Positions 25,814 through 36,355 of a DNA stretch of 64,000 nt are shown one piece after another. The notes under the pieces are model-generated. The model searched no databases. It saw nothing but the letters and a program-made list of their open reading frames with translations, and was not told where the DNA came from. The number at the start of each line of letters is the position of its first letter. Position 1 is the stretch's first letter. The stretch comes from a virus, in IMG/VR virus record IMGVR_UViG_3300017963_000200, positions 74,639 through 138,638 of that record; one strand, written 5' to 3'. Position numbers and translations under genes: made by a program.

Positions 25814-28224
25814 TGGATGGCGATCTGAAAATAGCGATTGACGTCGCGACTTTGGACCGGAGCACCGAGAACGCCTCTCGGGCATATACCAACTTCGGTG
25901 TCGCCGTTCGCTCGGTTGCCGCCGCCGTGGAGCGGGATATAACGCATCTACTCGACGAGGCGGCAGATGTCTCGTTGCCGTTGAAGCCGCTCATGCAGAC
26001 TGCCTCCACGTTGTATCCGGAGGCTGATTACATCTCGATGGAAAACTACCTGCGGCAGTGGGAACGTCAGGATCGCGCCATTTCAGACACCTTCGAGAAA
26101 CTCGGGTCGATCAAGCTCGGCAGTGACATCAGGGTTCCGCGCTCCGAGTTCGAACCGCCTCCTGTCGATATTCCGGTCGTGGAGGTCACTTTCGCTGCGA
26201 ACAAGGCCGATCAGGCTCTTCGGAAGGCGGAAGATTCGTTCGACGAGACAGAAGAGGCCGAAGACAAATCCATCAAGCGCATTTCCATGTGGCGACGGTT
26301 TGTGGAACGCGAGGTCAGATCGGCCAAGGGGGCCATCAAGGATCTCATCTCCCAGATTCCTGGCGGCATTGTCGGTGGTTTCGTCTCCGGTCTCATCGGC
26401 ACCATCATCCTGGGTTACCAGGAGCGCAACCGTCGTCGGGCCGAGATGGGGGAGATGTCCAACGTGTTCGCGGCGGGTCTCGACTCGATCTTCTCGACGG
26501 AAACGCGCAAGGCGGTCCGTTGGATGGGCAACTGGGCCGAGCGCGCTCAATGGCACTACGGCATCGCTCGGCAAGAGGTACAGAAGACCGTTGCCGAGAT
26601 GATCGATAACGGTTTCAAGAGTGCAGACTTGATCGAGACCTATGACCGGGGTCTCAAGTCGGCTGGCCGCAATGTCGTGGTCGCTTCCATTGCGCTGGAT
26701 CGGCACTTCAACTTCGCCACCGGTACCAGCATGGAGGAGATCGTGAGCTTCGTGCGCGAGTACGGGATGGAGCTTCGCGGGGCGACTGACTTCTTCTTCA
26801 AGATGTCGATGGCCGGTCAACGCAGCGGAATGGGGACGATGAACTTCATCCGGGCGGTCAAGTCCAGTCAGGACAGCTTGAGCCGGTTCGGGATCAACGC
26901 TGAGAACGTGGCCGTCCTGATGGAGGACGTCATCGGATTCTACGAGAGCATGGGGCTCAATCAGCGCTATGCCGGTCAGCAGGCTGTGGGCGTCGTCCAG
27001 GACCTCATGTCAGCCTTCTCCAACCTCGACAGCGGGATGAAGGTCGTCTTGGCCAGGAGGATGTACAACGACGAGGAGACGGACGCCTATTCGCTCCTGA
27101 TCCAGTTCCAGGACGGTCTGCGGCGCATCGCCGGAGGTGAGGAGGACCAATACCTGGAGAACTTGATTCGCTCCTACATCGAGGTCATGCGCGAGACCGG
27201 TCTCGGGGGTCGCTCCCGGATGATCCGTACCATCCAGCAGAACCTGGGTGTCCGCAATCGGACTGCGGCGCTCTTGTACGACGCGGGCGATCTCATCGCC
27301 AAAGGGGGGAAGCTCAAGGATCTTACCAAGGAGGAACGTTCCAACCTCAAACGTGCTTTCAAGGTCGAGGCCTCTCAGGTTTCGAGCCTGCATCGGACGC
27401 GCCGCGAGCTAGTACGGGGCATGGCCATGCTCGGGGAAGCTCTCACGGCCATTGTTGCTGACATTTTCGGCATTCTCGTGATCGGTGTTCGAAGCTTGCC
27501 GGCGCTCCATTGGGCTTGGCAGAATCGACAGCTCGACCGGGTGGTCGGTAACATCGTGGCCGAGCAACGGCAGCGCATTGCTGAAATCTCCGACCACTGG
27601 AAGAAGGGCGAGGAGGGAATCAACCTCGTGTCCAAGGCACTTGGCTCCGAATTCGCCGAGACCATCCAGCCGTTGATCGATGCTATTTCCGGCCCTGTGA
27701 AGGTTCCGAAGAGAGCTGCTCCGTGGACGGCTGCGGTGACGGAGCTGGAGGAGGCCTGGGCGCGGCGTGAGGAATATCGGCAGCTCGGAGAACGCTTCAA
27801 CAAGCTTTATCTCGACAAGGAGATCGAGGAGACCACCTTCGGCAGCATGCTGCACGACACCCCCTTGTGGGAAGCTCCGTTGGTCGGCGTGAAGTTGCCC
27901 TACCAGGACGAGTTCACGGGTGCGATGCTTCAGGCTACTTCCGATGCTGACATCGGTGGTCAGACCGAGTGGGCCAAGAAAAATCCGGGCAAAGTCGCGG
28001 AGATGCGCCGCAAAGTCAACCAAGGTTGGGAACTCGATCCGGTGACGGGCATCATGGAGAACCCCCAGACCGGAGAACGTTGGAGCCCGTCTGAAGGAAC
28101 TCTTCGTCGAGCTGCGGATCGGGACTATGGGGCGCTCCCGATTGAAGTGGGAAAGCCCAAAATTCCGCGTAGTACTGACGCGGTGAACAAGGCCGACAAG
28201 GCGGCTGCGGAGAATATCTTCTAA
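25813..28224 (+). CDS. Tape measure protein-like protein 2 (803 aa), paralog.
   Basis: Shares domain order and many identical blocks with 23513..25813 (KGAIKDLISQIPGGIVGGFVSGLIGTIILGY; ASIALDRHFNFATGTSMEEI; MAGQRSGMGTMNFIRAV; RYAGQQAVGVVQDL). Start overlaps the previous stop (TGATG). Confidence 0.6.
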   Translation: MDGDLKIAIDVATLDRSTENASRAYTNFGVAVRSVAAAVERDITHLLDEAADVSLPLKPLMQTASTLYPEADYISMENYLRQWERQDRAISDTFEKLGSIKLGSDIRVPRSEFEPPPVDIPVVEVTFAANKADQALRKAEDSFDETEEAEDKSIKRISMWRRFVEREVRSAKGAIKDLISQIPGGIVGGFVSGLIGTIILGYQERNRRRAEMGEMSNVFAAGLDSIFSTETRKAVRWMGNWAERAQWHYGIARQEVQKTVAEMIDNGFKSADLIETYDRGLKSAGRNVVVASIALDRHFNFATGTSMEEIVSFVREYGMELRGATDFFFKMSMAGQRSGMGTMNFIRAVKSSQDSLSRFGINAENVAVLMEDVIGFYESMGLNQRYAGQQAVGVVQDLMSAFSNLDSGMKVVLARRMYNDEETDAYSLLIQFQDGLRRIAGGEEDQYLENLIRSYIEVMRETGLGGRSRMIRTIQQNLGVRNRTAALLYDAGDLIAKGGKLKDLTKEERSNLKRAFKVEASQVSSLHRTRRELVRGMAMLGEALTAIVADIFGILVIGVRSLPALHWAWQNRQLDRVVGNIVAEQRQRIAEISDHWKKGEEGINLVSKALGSEFAETIQPLIDAISGPVKVPKRAAPWTAAVTELEEAWARREEYRQLGERFNKLYLDKEIEETTFGSMLHDTPLWEAPLVGVKLPYQDEFTGAMLQATSDADIGGQTEWAKKNPGKVAEMRRKVNQGWELDPVTGIMENPQTGERWSPSEGTLRRAADRDYGALPIEVGKPKIPRSTDAVNKADKAAAENIF

Positions 28225-31040
28225 TGGCGGATGTTGCCGATACTGCTCAGCTCGATAGTGTTCGGTACAAGTTCACCGAGCTGGGAGCCGCCGTCCGCGA
28301 TCTGGCCCGGCAGAATGAAGACCTTTTCAAGAAGACCGAGGATCAGCTCAGGTTCGGGTTCAACACGGCACTGTCCGATCTGACCGAGAACCCTGAGTTC
28401 GAAGAGACGGCCAAGCTGCTCGGGATCAGCAAGCGTTACGCCCAGCAGGTTTCGTCCACTTATGATGCCATTTCCGGCAGCATGGAGAAGTCCTTCGAGA
28501 CTTTCGACCAGACCGTTCAGAAGGCTGAGAAGAACTTCGAGAATCTCTCGAACGAAGCCGCCAATCTCGTTCGTGAGGGGGAGGACATCGCATCCAAGGT
28601 CGGCAAGGGGAAAGGCGAACGGGATGCCGACCAGCGCGCCGAGCGCAAGCGCGGAACGGTTCCGGGGGTTCCGGACCGCATCTCGAAGATCATCGTCTCC
28701 GAGATCAACACGCTCAAGTCTCGCGTTCGGGGGATGCTGTCCACCTTGAAGATCCCGACTCCCGGCAACATCTTGTCCGGTGCAATCGAGATCATGGCCT
28801 ACGGCTATCTCGAAAAGGACCGTATCCGGGCCGAGACCGGCGAAGTGAAGAACATCTTGATCGCGGCCTACGACGATGGCGTCCGAGGCGCGGTTCAGTC
28901 CGGCACGCGGCACATCGCCGGCATTCAGGAAACGTTTCAACGCTTCATGGGCATCAACCGTCAGGAGGTCCAGGCGGTCTCGCAGGCGTTCGTCGACGGC
29001 GGCTTGAGCGTGAGCCAGATGCTCGCCAAGGTCGATACCCAGATCAACAACGTCCAGAGCAGTGCGTTGACGGTCACCTTCGCTCTCGACAAGATGTTCG
29101 AGATCCCTGCGGGGGATTCGGCGAAGCGGATGGTCGGCTTGATGGCCGACTATGGAAAAAATGCCGATGAGGCCCGTGAGTCCTTGATCCAGATGTACAT
29201 GGTCGGCAAGCAGTCCGGGACCGGCGCGCTCCAGTTCGTTCGCAATGTCGAGACCGCCGGGGAGGAGCTGCGTCAGTTCGGCTACGACATCGACGACACC
29301 ATCAACCTGCTGGCCCATGTCCAAGAGGACTTTGCCGGCATCGGCGTCCCCAAGCAGTTCGCGGGACGACAAGCTGCCCTCGGTATCCAGCAAATCGCTT
29401 CGGGCATCACAAAGATGTCCGATAGCTGGAAGATCATCGTGGCCGAGCGTCTCGGCTACGGGAGGGGGCTCCAAGGGCGGCAGCGGATGATGGACGCCTT
29501 TGCACGGGTCCTGGAGCGCAAGAATACCAACGAGATAGTGCGCACCGTGCAGGCTGTCTATGACATCGCGATGGAAGCGGTCGGCGGTGCAGATGAAAAC
29601 CGTGCGCGCTACTACATCGAGACCCAGATGGGCTTCGGGTTCGAAGGTGCTCGTGTCGTGGCCAAGATCGGCAAGGATGTCAAGGAAGGGAAGGTCGTCG
29701 AGGCCGCGAAGAGTGCCAAGGAGGACATGGAGATCCTTCGAAGATCGTTCGGTATAGAAGCTCAGAAGCAGAGCAAGTTCGAACGTTTCATGAACCAATG
29801 GTTGAAAGGCTTGAGCAAAGTCGGCCAGGGGCTGCTGGGTCTCGTGGGCAATACTCTCGCCATGCTCATTGCTTATTTCAGGGCTCTCCCGGCGTATCTG
29901 GCGAATGCCGTCATGGGTCGTACCCAGGCGAACGAGCAGCTTGTCGCGAACCTGCACGCCTTCGATGTCCAGGCTGCGGCGCATACGGAAAAGATGAGCC
30001 GGGGCTTCGATCAGATGATCGCCGCGATGGGGAAGATGGGCGGTGATGTCCTGGGTTCGTCCCTCAAGTCCCTCAGGGCTGCCTGGAACTTCGATCCCAC
30101 CGCTGCGATGCAGCCCGGTGCAGGAGGCGGCGCTCCGGGAGCTGTCGGCGAGATGTGGCAGCCCACGCAGGCGACCGTTCAGTTCGCGCCGATCTCGTTG
30201 TCGGCCCTCACCGAGGGCGGCGCGGGGATCAAGCACGTCGTCAATGTCAGCGTTCCGGTGAAATCGGTCCAACGCGGTCCGGGGAGCGGTCGTGGCGGCG
30301 AATGGGTCGGCGGCGGTGTTTCGGTAATCGCGACGGGGGTCGATACGCAAGGGAACATCAATCTCTCCATCATGGGGAACTGCCCGCGCTGCGGTTTCAT
30401 CTTTGGATCCACCACGCCGACTTCCGAGACCGAGATCATGGGCGAAGGTGAGTATCGTGGTCTCGATGTCGAGGCCTTGGCGCGGGTTATCCAGCGGGAG
30501 ATCGGGGGCTATACCGGTAGGAATCGGAAGCTCGCCGCTGCCCACGCGCATGCTGTCCTCAACCAGGCCAAGCAGCGCGGCACCAAGGATCTCTACGAGG
30601 TCACTACGGGAGGCCTCGGGTGGGGACGACAGGGGGGCAAGCGGAGGTTCGCGACACCGACGCCTCCCACCGAGCAGACGGTGGAGTTCGCACGGAGCGT
30701 TCTACGTGGAGAGGTCGAGGATCCGACCGGTGGGCGTGCTACCACCTTCACGCATCAGGCGCTCGGGACTGAAATCCAAGGCGGCGCGTTCGCGCCGTTC
30801 GCGCGAGAATCGCAGATCGTGGCGGCGCTTCCGATGGGACGCGGCAAGACGGCCTTCTTCTTTACGGGCCGCAAGGACATCGAGAAGGAGGCTCCGCAAT
30901 ATCGTCAGACGCGCCGTCAGTACGAAAAGGCTCTCGCCGAACGCAAGTCAGCCGGCGTGGTGCCCTCGGCAACAGGTCAGACCGGTGTCATGCAGTACGG
31001 GGAGAAAGTGACGCGTAGACCCCAGGCACCGAAGGAGTGA
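28224..31040 (+). CDS. Tape measure protein-like protein 3 (938 aa), paralog with an extended Gly-rich C-terminus.
   Basis: Same architecture (SGAIEIMAYGYLEKDRIRAETGEVKNI; TFALDKMFEIPAGDSAKRM; VGKQSGTGALQFVRNV; QFAGRQAALGIQQI). TAATG overlap with the preceding gene. Confidence 0.6.
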   Translation: MADVADTAQLDSVRYKFTELGAAVRDLARQNEDLFKKTEDQLRFGFNTALSDLTENPEFEETAKLLGISKRYAQQVSSTYDAISGSMEKSFETFDQTVQKAEKNFENLSNEAANLVREGEDIASKVGKGKGERDADQRAERKRGTVPGVPDRISKIIVSEINTLKSRVRGMLSTLKIPTPGNILSGAIEIMAYGYLEKDRIRAETGEVKNILIAAYDDGVRGAVQSGTRHIAGIQETFQRFMGINRQEVQAVSQAFVDGGLSVSQMLAKVDTQINNVQSSALTVTFALDKMFEIPAGDSAKRMVGLMADYGKNADEARESLIQMYMVGKQSGTGALQFVRNVETAGEELRQFGYDIDDTINLLAHVQEDFAGIGVPKQFAGRQAALGIQQIASGITKMSDSWKIIVAERLGYGRGLQGRQRMMDAFARVLERKNTNEIVRTVQAVYDIAMEAVGGADENRARYYIETQMGFGFEGARVVAKIGKDVKEGKVVEAAKSAKEDMEILRRSFGIEAQKQSKFERFMNQWLKGLSKVGQGLLGLVGNTLAMLIAYFRALPAYLANAVMGRTQANEQLVANLHAFDVQAAAHTEKMSRGFDQMIAAMGKMGGDVLGSSLKSLRAAWNFDPTAAMQPGAGGGAPGAVGEMWQPTQATVQFAPISLSALTEGGAGIKHVVNVSVPVKSVQRGPGSGRGGEWVGGGVSVIATGVDTQGNINLSIMGNCPRCGFIFGSTTPTSETEIMGEGEYRGLDVEALARVIQREIGGYTGRNRKLAAAHAHAVLNQAKQRGTKDLYEVTTGGLGWGRQGGKRRFATPTPPTEQTVEFARSVLRGEVEDPTGGRATTFTHQALGTEIQGGAFAPFARESQIVAALPMGRGKTAFFFTGRKDIEKEAPQYRQTRRQYEKALAERKSAGVVPSATGQTGVMQYGEKVTRRPQAPKE

Positions 31041-31043
31041 TAG

Positions 31044-31793
31044 ATGGCTGATTTCGGAACATGGTTCGTGGACACTTTCGTCGACGAGACGCAGCCGAAA
31101 CCGAGCACCGACAAGATTCTCGAACGGATCCTCAATCCCTACGAGGACATCGCGTATCGGGTGCCGTTCATGTTCACATCCGATCTCCGGACCGCCCAGA
31201 ACATTCCGCCAGTCCGGATGAAGGTGAACCCGCAGTCGGTCACGTTCACGCAGCAGAAGCGCATCACACGGCGAGATACCCAGAGCGGTGCGGTCTTCTT
31301 CCACTGGACGAATGCGCGGGGTCGTAACAACGACATCATTCAGATCCAGTTTTCGGGTCAGACCGGAAACATCAATCTTCGCAGCGGCGCGAAGAAGGCG
31401 AACTGGCTTTCCGATTCGCTCAAGCAGTTCCAGGAGTGGACGAAATCGGTCACCAAGCAGAAGGGGCTCGATGTCGCCAACTATTCCGGGGCTGCGAAGT
31501 TGGTCAACTTCTGGAATCTGTACAGTCTCACTCGGGAACCGATGATCGATCCCGTCAGCGGGATGCCGAACCAGTTTCACGTCCTCTACAGCAGCCCGAT
31601 CCTGGGCAATGCGATCATCGATTTCATCGGACACTTCGATCGCGTCATGGAGTTCACTGATGAGGCAACGGAGCCGTTCAACAAGAGCTATTCGTTCAGC
31701 TTCACGGCGCTCAGCTCAATGCCGTCGATGGATGATGTTTACAAGTACATCTCCCTGTCCATAGGCCGGGAGTTCTTCAACGACTTGGAGTAA
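31044..31793 (+). CDS. Tail/baseplate assembly protein (249 aa), function unknown.
   Basis: RBS GAAGGAGTGATAG. First gene after the tape-measure genes. Confidence 0.45.
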   Translation: MADFGTWFVDTFVDETQPKPSTDKILERILNPYEDIAYRVPFMFTSDLRTAQNIPPVRMKVNPQSVTFTQQKRITRRDTQSGAVFFHWTNARGRNNDIIQIQFSGQTGNINLRSGAKKANWLSDSLKQFQEWTKSVTKQKGLDVANYSGAAKLVNFWNLYSLTREPMIDPVSGMPNQFHVLYSSPILGNAIIDFIGHFDRVMEFTDEATEPFNKSYSFSFTALSSMPSMDDVYKYISLSIGREFFNDLE

Positions 31794-31794
31794 G

Positions 31795-34233
31795 ATGGTC
31801 ACGGAAATCGACCAGCAGTCGGTCATCGCCACGGATGGCATCTACCGCGCCGCGTTCCCGGCTTTCCGTGTATTCGTCTTCGGGCAGGAAGTATCCGGGG
31901 ACGTCGCGGAGATCCGAGTCAACCATGCGGGTGGCAGTCTCGACCGTTCGCCGGGAAACTGTGCCATCACGTTGGTCAATCCGCTCGACAAGTACATTCT
32001 CGATCATGACGACATGCTCGCTTTGAGCAACTCACGGGAGACGCTGGTCTCGACCTTGGAAAAGAACGTCCAGGACTACAAAGGCACCGAACAGTACCTG
32101 CGTGGGACTGCCGGCGAAGATCCCACGGTGCTCAAGGAATTCCTGCGGCTCATCACGGCTCAACCGGGGAAGTACGCCGAGCTGACGGCAGAGGTCGAAG
32201 CCGCCTACGGCGCGCTGGAGACGGCGCAGCTCAACTACCAGCAGTACTGGGAGGAAGGGAAGGTCCCGGACGGCATCAAGTACGAGGTCATCAAGGAAAA
32301 GGCGTTCAAGCTCTCCCAGGCCGATGAAGAGGACATCAAGTGGCACATCGAGAAGTTCGGTGAGGATTTCGACTTCTCCAACTTCAACTTCAAGTATATC
32401 TATCCTTTCCAAGAGGGTGACAGTGTTTTCCATCCGAACGATCCGATCCGGGTGGCGTTTCGAGACCCCTTCAATCCGCGCATCTGGTACTGGATGTTCA
32501 CCGGCTTCCTCGACTCCGCCACGGAGGATGTGGGGGTCAATCAGGAATCGCTCGTGACGATCACGGGGACCGATGTCTCCAAGATGGCGAGGTACAGCCT
32601 CATCCAGCTGGACACGGGCATCTTGGACCAGTCCATCCGGGATCTGTTCGCCAATGTTCCGGGTATTGCGGGGACGACTGCGGAGACCAAGTTCGTACCG
32701 ATGCAGCAGCTGTTCGCCGGCTTTACCATTTTCGAGATCTTGGAACTCTTGTTCTTTGGTCTCAACACCTTCATCGGCTCGCTCGACGAGACGACCGACC
32801 GGTTCATCGCGGGGCTGTCGGAAGAGGATATCAGGACCTACCTGATGGACAACCTCGGGAAGAGCCCCAGCGATGTGGATTCGATGTCGCCGACCGAACG
32901 CATCGCGCTCCTCCGCGAGTTCCGTCTCGAACTCAAGGCGAGCCGGTTCACGGGTGCGAACATTCCTCCCATCTCCACGCCGCAAGGCATCACGTTCAAG
33001 CGCAGGAACAACAAGTACGGCACCCACGCCTACTTCGTGGGCGATGAGATCGATGATCTGGACGCCGCCATCGGCGGTGCAGACAGTCACATCAGTCACG
33101 GCAATCTGAAGAAGCTGAACGATGTGATTCACCACCGGGTGCGCCGTGAGGATCTGGTGAACATGTCCGCTGACGCTGCGCCCACCTCGTGGGATGCGCG
33201 GCCCGAGGAGATCATCACCGAGATTGGGACGAATCCAGACAAGTATCCGGTCGGAGGGGGTCGCGTGATCTACGTCGCGCCCTCTACGCTCGGTTCCCAG
33301 CTGGAGAAGGGAGCGCTCGACGAGACCGTCGTCAATTCGGTGGCGATGCACTCCGAGTTCAAGGACCGTCTCACGTTCCTCTACGACCTTGCGGAGCGCA
33401 TCGAGTTCTGTTGCTACGCCACACCGAAGGGCGACATGGTCTTCGAGATGCCCTTCTACGACTTCGATCCGTGGCTGTTCGATGACGAAGATTTCCACAT
33501 TAGTAACGCCGAGATCCAGGCGGAGGTCAGCATCGACCAGAAACTGCTCAGCGAATGGGAGGCCTCCAGTGATTATACGGAAGACGAACTGAAGGAGATG
33601 CTCAGCTTGCGTACCAGGATTGAGCTGGAACGCGAAGGTTTTCTCCTGGACGACGAGGACGTGGAGGATTTCAGCTATATCAACCATTTCACCATCGAGA
33701 AACACGAAACGTTGGGATACTCCAACTCGATGAACGACCAGGGGATGATCACGGCCTACCGCGCTCTGCCGAACATCATCCGTAACTACGAGCAGGGCAA
33801 TGATCCCAACAGCCGTGTCTACGAATACGTCGTGGCACCCGGTCTCGCACCGATTCTGGGCTTCCGTCTCGCCGAAGGAAGTCCTTGGGGATTCACGACG
33901 GGACAGACGACCGCGCGGCTATATGCGGCGCTGGAGCTGCGGCGCACGAATGCCGAGGCGCGGAACCTCGGTCTCCAGATCGTGCCCAAGTTTGGCCTGA
34001 TGGTGAACCGTCCGCTTTATTGGCGGCAGCGGAACTACATCGCCAATATTGTGAGTAGCCAGCACAGCATAGTCTGGAACTCCAGCTGCGACAGCATGAT
34101 CAACTTGAACCATGTCAAGGGTTGGACGGGAAGCCTCGATGGCGACAAGATGGAGAAGTTCATCTACTTCGGCGGAGACATGCCGTTCAACCTGTCACGC
34201 CTCGTCTTCAAGAAGCAGGGTGGGAGTAGCTGA
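31795..34233 (+). CDS. Large baseplate/tail hub-like protein (812 aa).
   Basis: Position between the tape-measure genes and the spike gene. No motif recognised. Confidence 0.4.
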   Translation: MVTEIDQQSVIATDGIYRAAFPAFRVFVFGQEVSGDVAEIRVNHAGGSLDRSPGNCAITLVNPLDKYILDHDDMLALSNSRETLVSTLEKNVQDYKGTEQYLRGTAGEDPTVLKEFLRLITAQPGKYAELTAEVEAAYGALETAQLNYQQYWEEGKVPDGIKYEVIKEKAFKLSQADEEDIKWHIEKFGEDFDFSNFNFKYIYPFQEGDSVFHPNDPIRVAFRDPFNPRIWYWMFTGFLDSATEDVGVNQESLVTITGTDVSKMARYSLIQLDTGILDQSIRDLFANVPGIAGTTAETKFVPMQQLFAGFTIFEILELLFFGLNTFIGSLDETTDRFIAGLSEEDIRTYLMDNLGKSPSDVDSMSPTERIALLREFRLELKASRFTGANIPPISTPQGITFKRRNNKYGTHAYFVGDEIDDLDAAIGGADSHISHGNLKKLNDVIHHRVRREDLVNMSADAAPTSWDARPEEIITEIGTNPDKYPVGGGRVIYVAPSTLGSQLEKGALDETVVNSVAMHSEFKDRLTFLYDLAERIEFCCYATPKGDMVFEMPFYDFDPWLFDDEDFHISNAEIQAEVSIDQKLLSEWEASSDYTEDELKEMLSLRTRIELEREGFLLDDEDVEDFSYINHFTIEKHETLGYSNSMNDQGMITAYRALPNIIRNYEQGNDPNSRVYEYVVAPGLAPILGFRLAEGSPWGFTTGQTTARLYAALELRRTNAEARNLGLQIVPKFGLMVNRPLYWRQRNYIANIVSSQHSIVWNSSCDSMINLNHVKGWTGSLDGDKMEKFIYFGGDMPFNLSRLVFKKQGGSS

Positions 34234-35852
34234 TGGCCGGTCGTTCCAACGCGAATCCGAACTCGTCGCCCTCCCTGCGTGGGAGAGCGCGCCACAATGC
34301 CTTCTACAGCTCTCTTCATCGAGTTCGGGTGACCGATCTGCACATCGAACGGGGAACCGTCGAGGTGACACCCCTCAGCGGCGGCACTCCGTATGAGGTT
34401 CTGATGCCGTTGGTGGGGCTGTCGATTCCTCCGCCGCAGACTTCCGAAGACAACAACTTCGCCCGGTCCTCCTGGGGAGTCTACTACCCCCAGGTGGATG
34501 ACATCCTCGTCGTGGGCTTCGACACGCTCGGTTTTCCGATGGCGCTTGGTTTCAGTGCCGTCGATTTCAATGTGATGAAACGCCGCGATGATGCTTTGGA
34601 TGAGCGTGGGGGCATCGGTTGGGCCGATGCTTCCGGCAAGCGGTTGCAACCGGGTGATGTTTCGTTCCGGTCGGCGCGCAACTCCAGCATCTACCTGGGA
34701 GATCGTGCCCGACTCGGGAGCGGCCCCCATTCGATCACGTTGGACAAACCCAACGGAGAGACCGTCATCCAGTCGGACATCGTCCATACTCGTTACGGGG
34801 CTGCCGGCGAAAAACGCGAGGGATCTGCGCGTCGGATCCTGGTGCCCGGAGTCGATACTCAGGAGAGCTATATCTACGGTATCTTCGGGACGGTTGCGCA
34901 GGAGCATACCAACTACGTGCGTCGCGGCGCGATCACGGCTCCTGGCGGACAGTTGCTGATGGTGCAGGAGTCGCGCGGAGAAATCATCGACGACCTGACC
35001 GGCCTCATCATGGTGCCAGCGACTTCGTATCCGGATCTCGCGGTCGCGCTCGCCGGCACCGGGGCTCGGAAGTTGACCACTGTGAAGGATGACGGCGCAG
35101 GCGTTGTCGACATGTATGTCGAGGTGGTAGATAACCTCGGCAATCGGGGGATTTCGGCCAAGACCGCTCTCGGCTTCCAGTGGTTCACTCCGGCAGCAAC
35201 CTGGACCATCTTGAACAACCTCGTCAACTGGACGACGAGCAGTACGTACAGTCTCACTGCGGGAGCCAGCATGTCGCTCACCGCAGGCACGGCGCTCACT
35301 GCCAGCGCAGGAGCCGCCTTGAGCTTGACGGCTGGTGCAGCGCTTACCGCGACTGCCGGAGCGACGATGGGGTTGACGGCGACCGGCGCGATGACGCTGA
35401 CTGCCCCTTCAATCACGTTGGCATCCGGTGTCCTCAACCTGGGGGCGAGCCCGGTGGTCGCGACCGCGAAGGACGCGCTCACTTTCAACGCGACCGACCT
35501 CACGATGGTGGCCACGGCGGCGATGGAGCTGGTGGCGACCGGCGAGATTGGTATCGACACGGCGGCGAAGCTCGTGCTGATCGCCGCCACCCAGATCGAC
35601 ATCGGAGCCCCGATTGTCAATCTCGGAGGTGCTGCGGCTACGGAATTCTTGGTGAAGGGAACGACTTTCATCACGGAACTGACCACTTTCATGACGGCGC
35701 TCAACACGTTCTTTGCCGCTTTCGCGGCTGATCCCGCGCTGAACGGTGTGCTTCCGGCCACGAAGAGTGCGCTTGGAGCGCTCATTCCGTTCGGCATCGA
35801 TTTCCAGGCGAGTCTGGCGACCGCGTTGTCGACAGTCTCGAAGACGGTGTAG
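34233..35852 (+). CDS. Baseplate central spike protein (539 aa), gpV / Mu gp45-like: N-terminal OB-fold-like region plus Ala/Thr/Gly-rich beta-helix repeats.
   Basis: Repeats LTAGASMSLTAGTALTASAGAALSLTAGAALTATAGATMGLTATGAMTLTAP. N-terminus RVRVTDLHIERGTVEVTPLSGGTPYEVLMP resembles the OB-fold of spike proteins. Confidence 0.55.
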   Translation: MAGRSNANPNSSPSLRGRARHNAFYSSLHRVRVTDLHIERGTVEVTPLSGGTPYEVLMPLVGLSIPPPQTSEDNNFARSSWGVYYPQVDDILVVGFDTLGFPMALGFSAVDFNVMKRRDDALDERGGIGWADASGKRLQPGDVSFRSARNSSIYLGDRARLGSGPHSITLDKPNGETVIQSDIVHTRYGAAGEKREGSARRILVPGVDTQESYIYGIFGTVAQEHTNYVRRGAITAPGGQLLMVQESRGEIIDDLTGLIMVPATSYPDLAVALAGTGARKLTTVKDDGAGVVDMYVEVVDNLGNRGISAKTALGFQWFTPAATWTILNNLVNWTTSSTYSLTAGASMSLTAGTALTASAGAALSLTAGAALTATAGATMGLTATGAMTLTAPSITLASGVLNLGASPVVATAKDALTFNATDLTMVATAAMELVATGEIGIDTAAKLVLIAATQIDIGAPIVNLGGAAATEFLVKGTTFITELTTFMTALNTFFAAFAADPALNGVLPATKSALGALIPFGIDFQASLATALSTVSKTV

Positions 35853-35854
35853 GA

Positions 35855-36355
35855 ATGCCCGATACGCCAACCCAGGCCCTCGCGACGTGCGTCTTGCGAT
35901 GGATCTATTCACAGATTGCCGCCATCCTGGAGGCGCTCAAGGCAATCTTGTTGGCGCTCATCGCGTTCATCGACGCCTACATCTTGTGGCTCAAGGCGTG
36001 GCTCGCGCAGTTCGACATCCTGTCCCAGATAGAGGAGGCGGCGTGGGCCATCGTGCAAGCCTTGATTGAGGAGATCCGAAACCTGCTGACCAATATCCCG
36101 GACGGGCCGCTCAAGGAGCTGTGTCCGGAGTTCTACCAGCTCTTCACCGATCCGGCGCTCCAGTTGTTCGATACAGCCGTGTCGGGCCTGACGATCTGGC
36201 GCGAGCGTTACAAGAACGTGGTTAGCTTCATGGATGAGATCGAAGCGCTCCTGCTGTACTGGGAGGCCATCAAGGCCGATCTGGTCGCAACCGTGGAGAT
36301 TCTCGATGACGCCATCTACCTGGCGCTCATGGACGCCGCCGACGAGGTGCCGTGA
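35855..36355 (+). CDS. Small helical baseplate-associated protein (166 aa).
   Basis: ORF between the spike and the gp25-like gene. Confidence 0.45.
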   Translation: MPDTPTQALATCVLRWIYSQIAAILEALKAILLALIAFIDAYILWLKAWLAQFDILSQIEEAAWAIVQALIEEIRNLLTNIPDGPLKELCPEFYQLFTDPALQLFDTAVSGLTIWRERYKNVVSFMDEIEALLLYWEAIKADLVATVEILDDAIYLALMDAADEVP

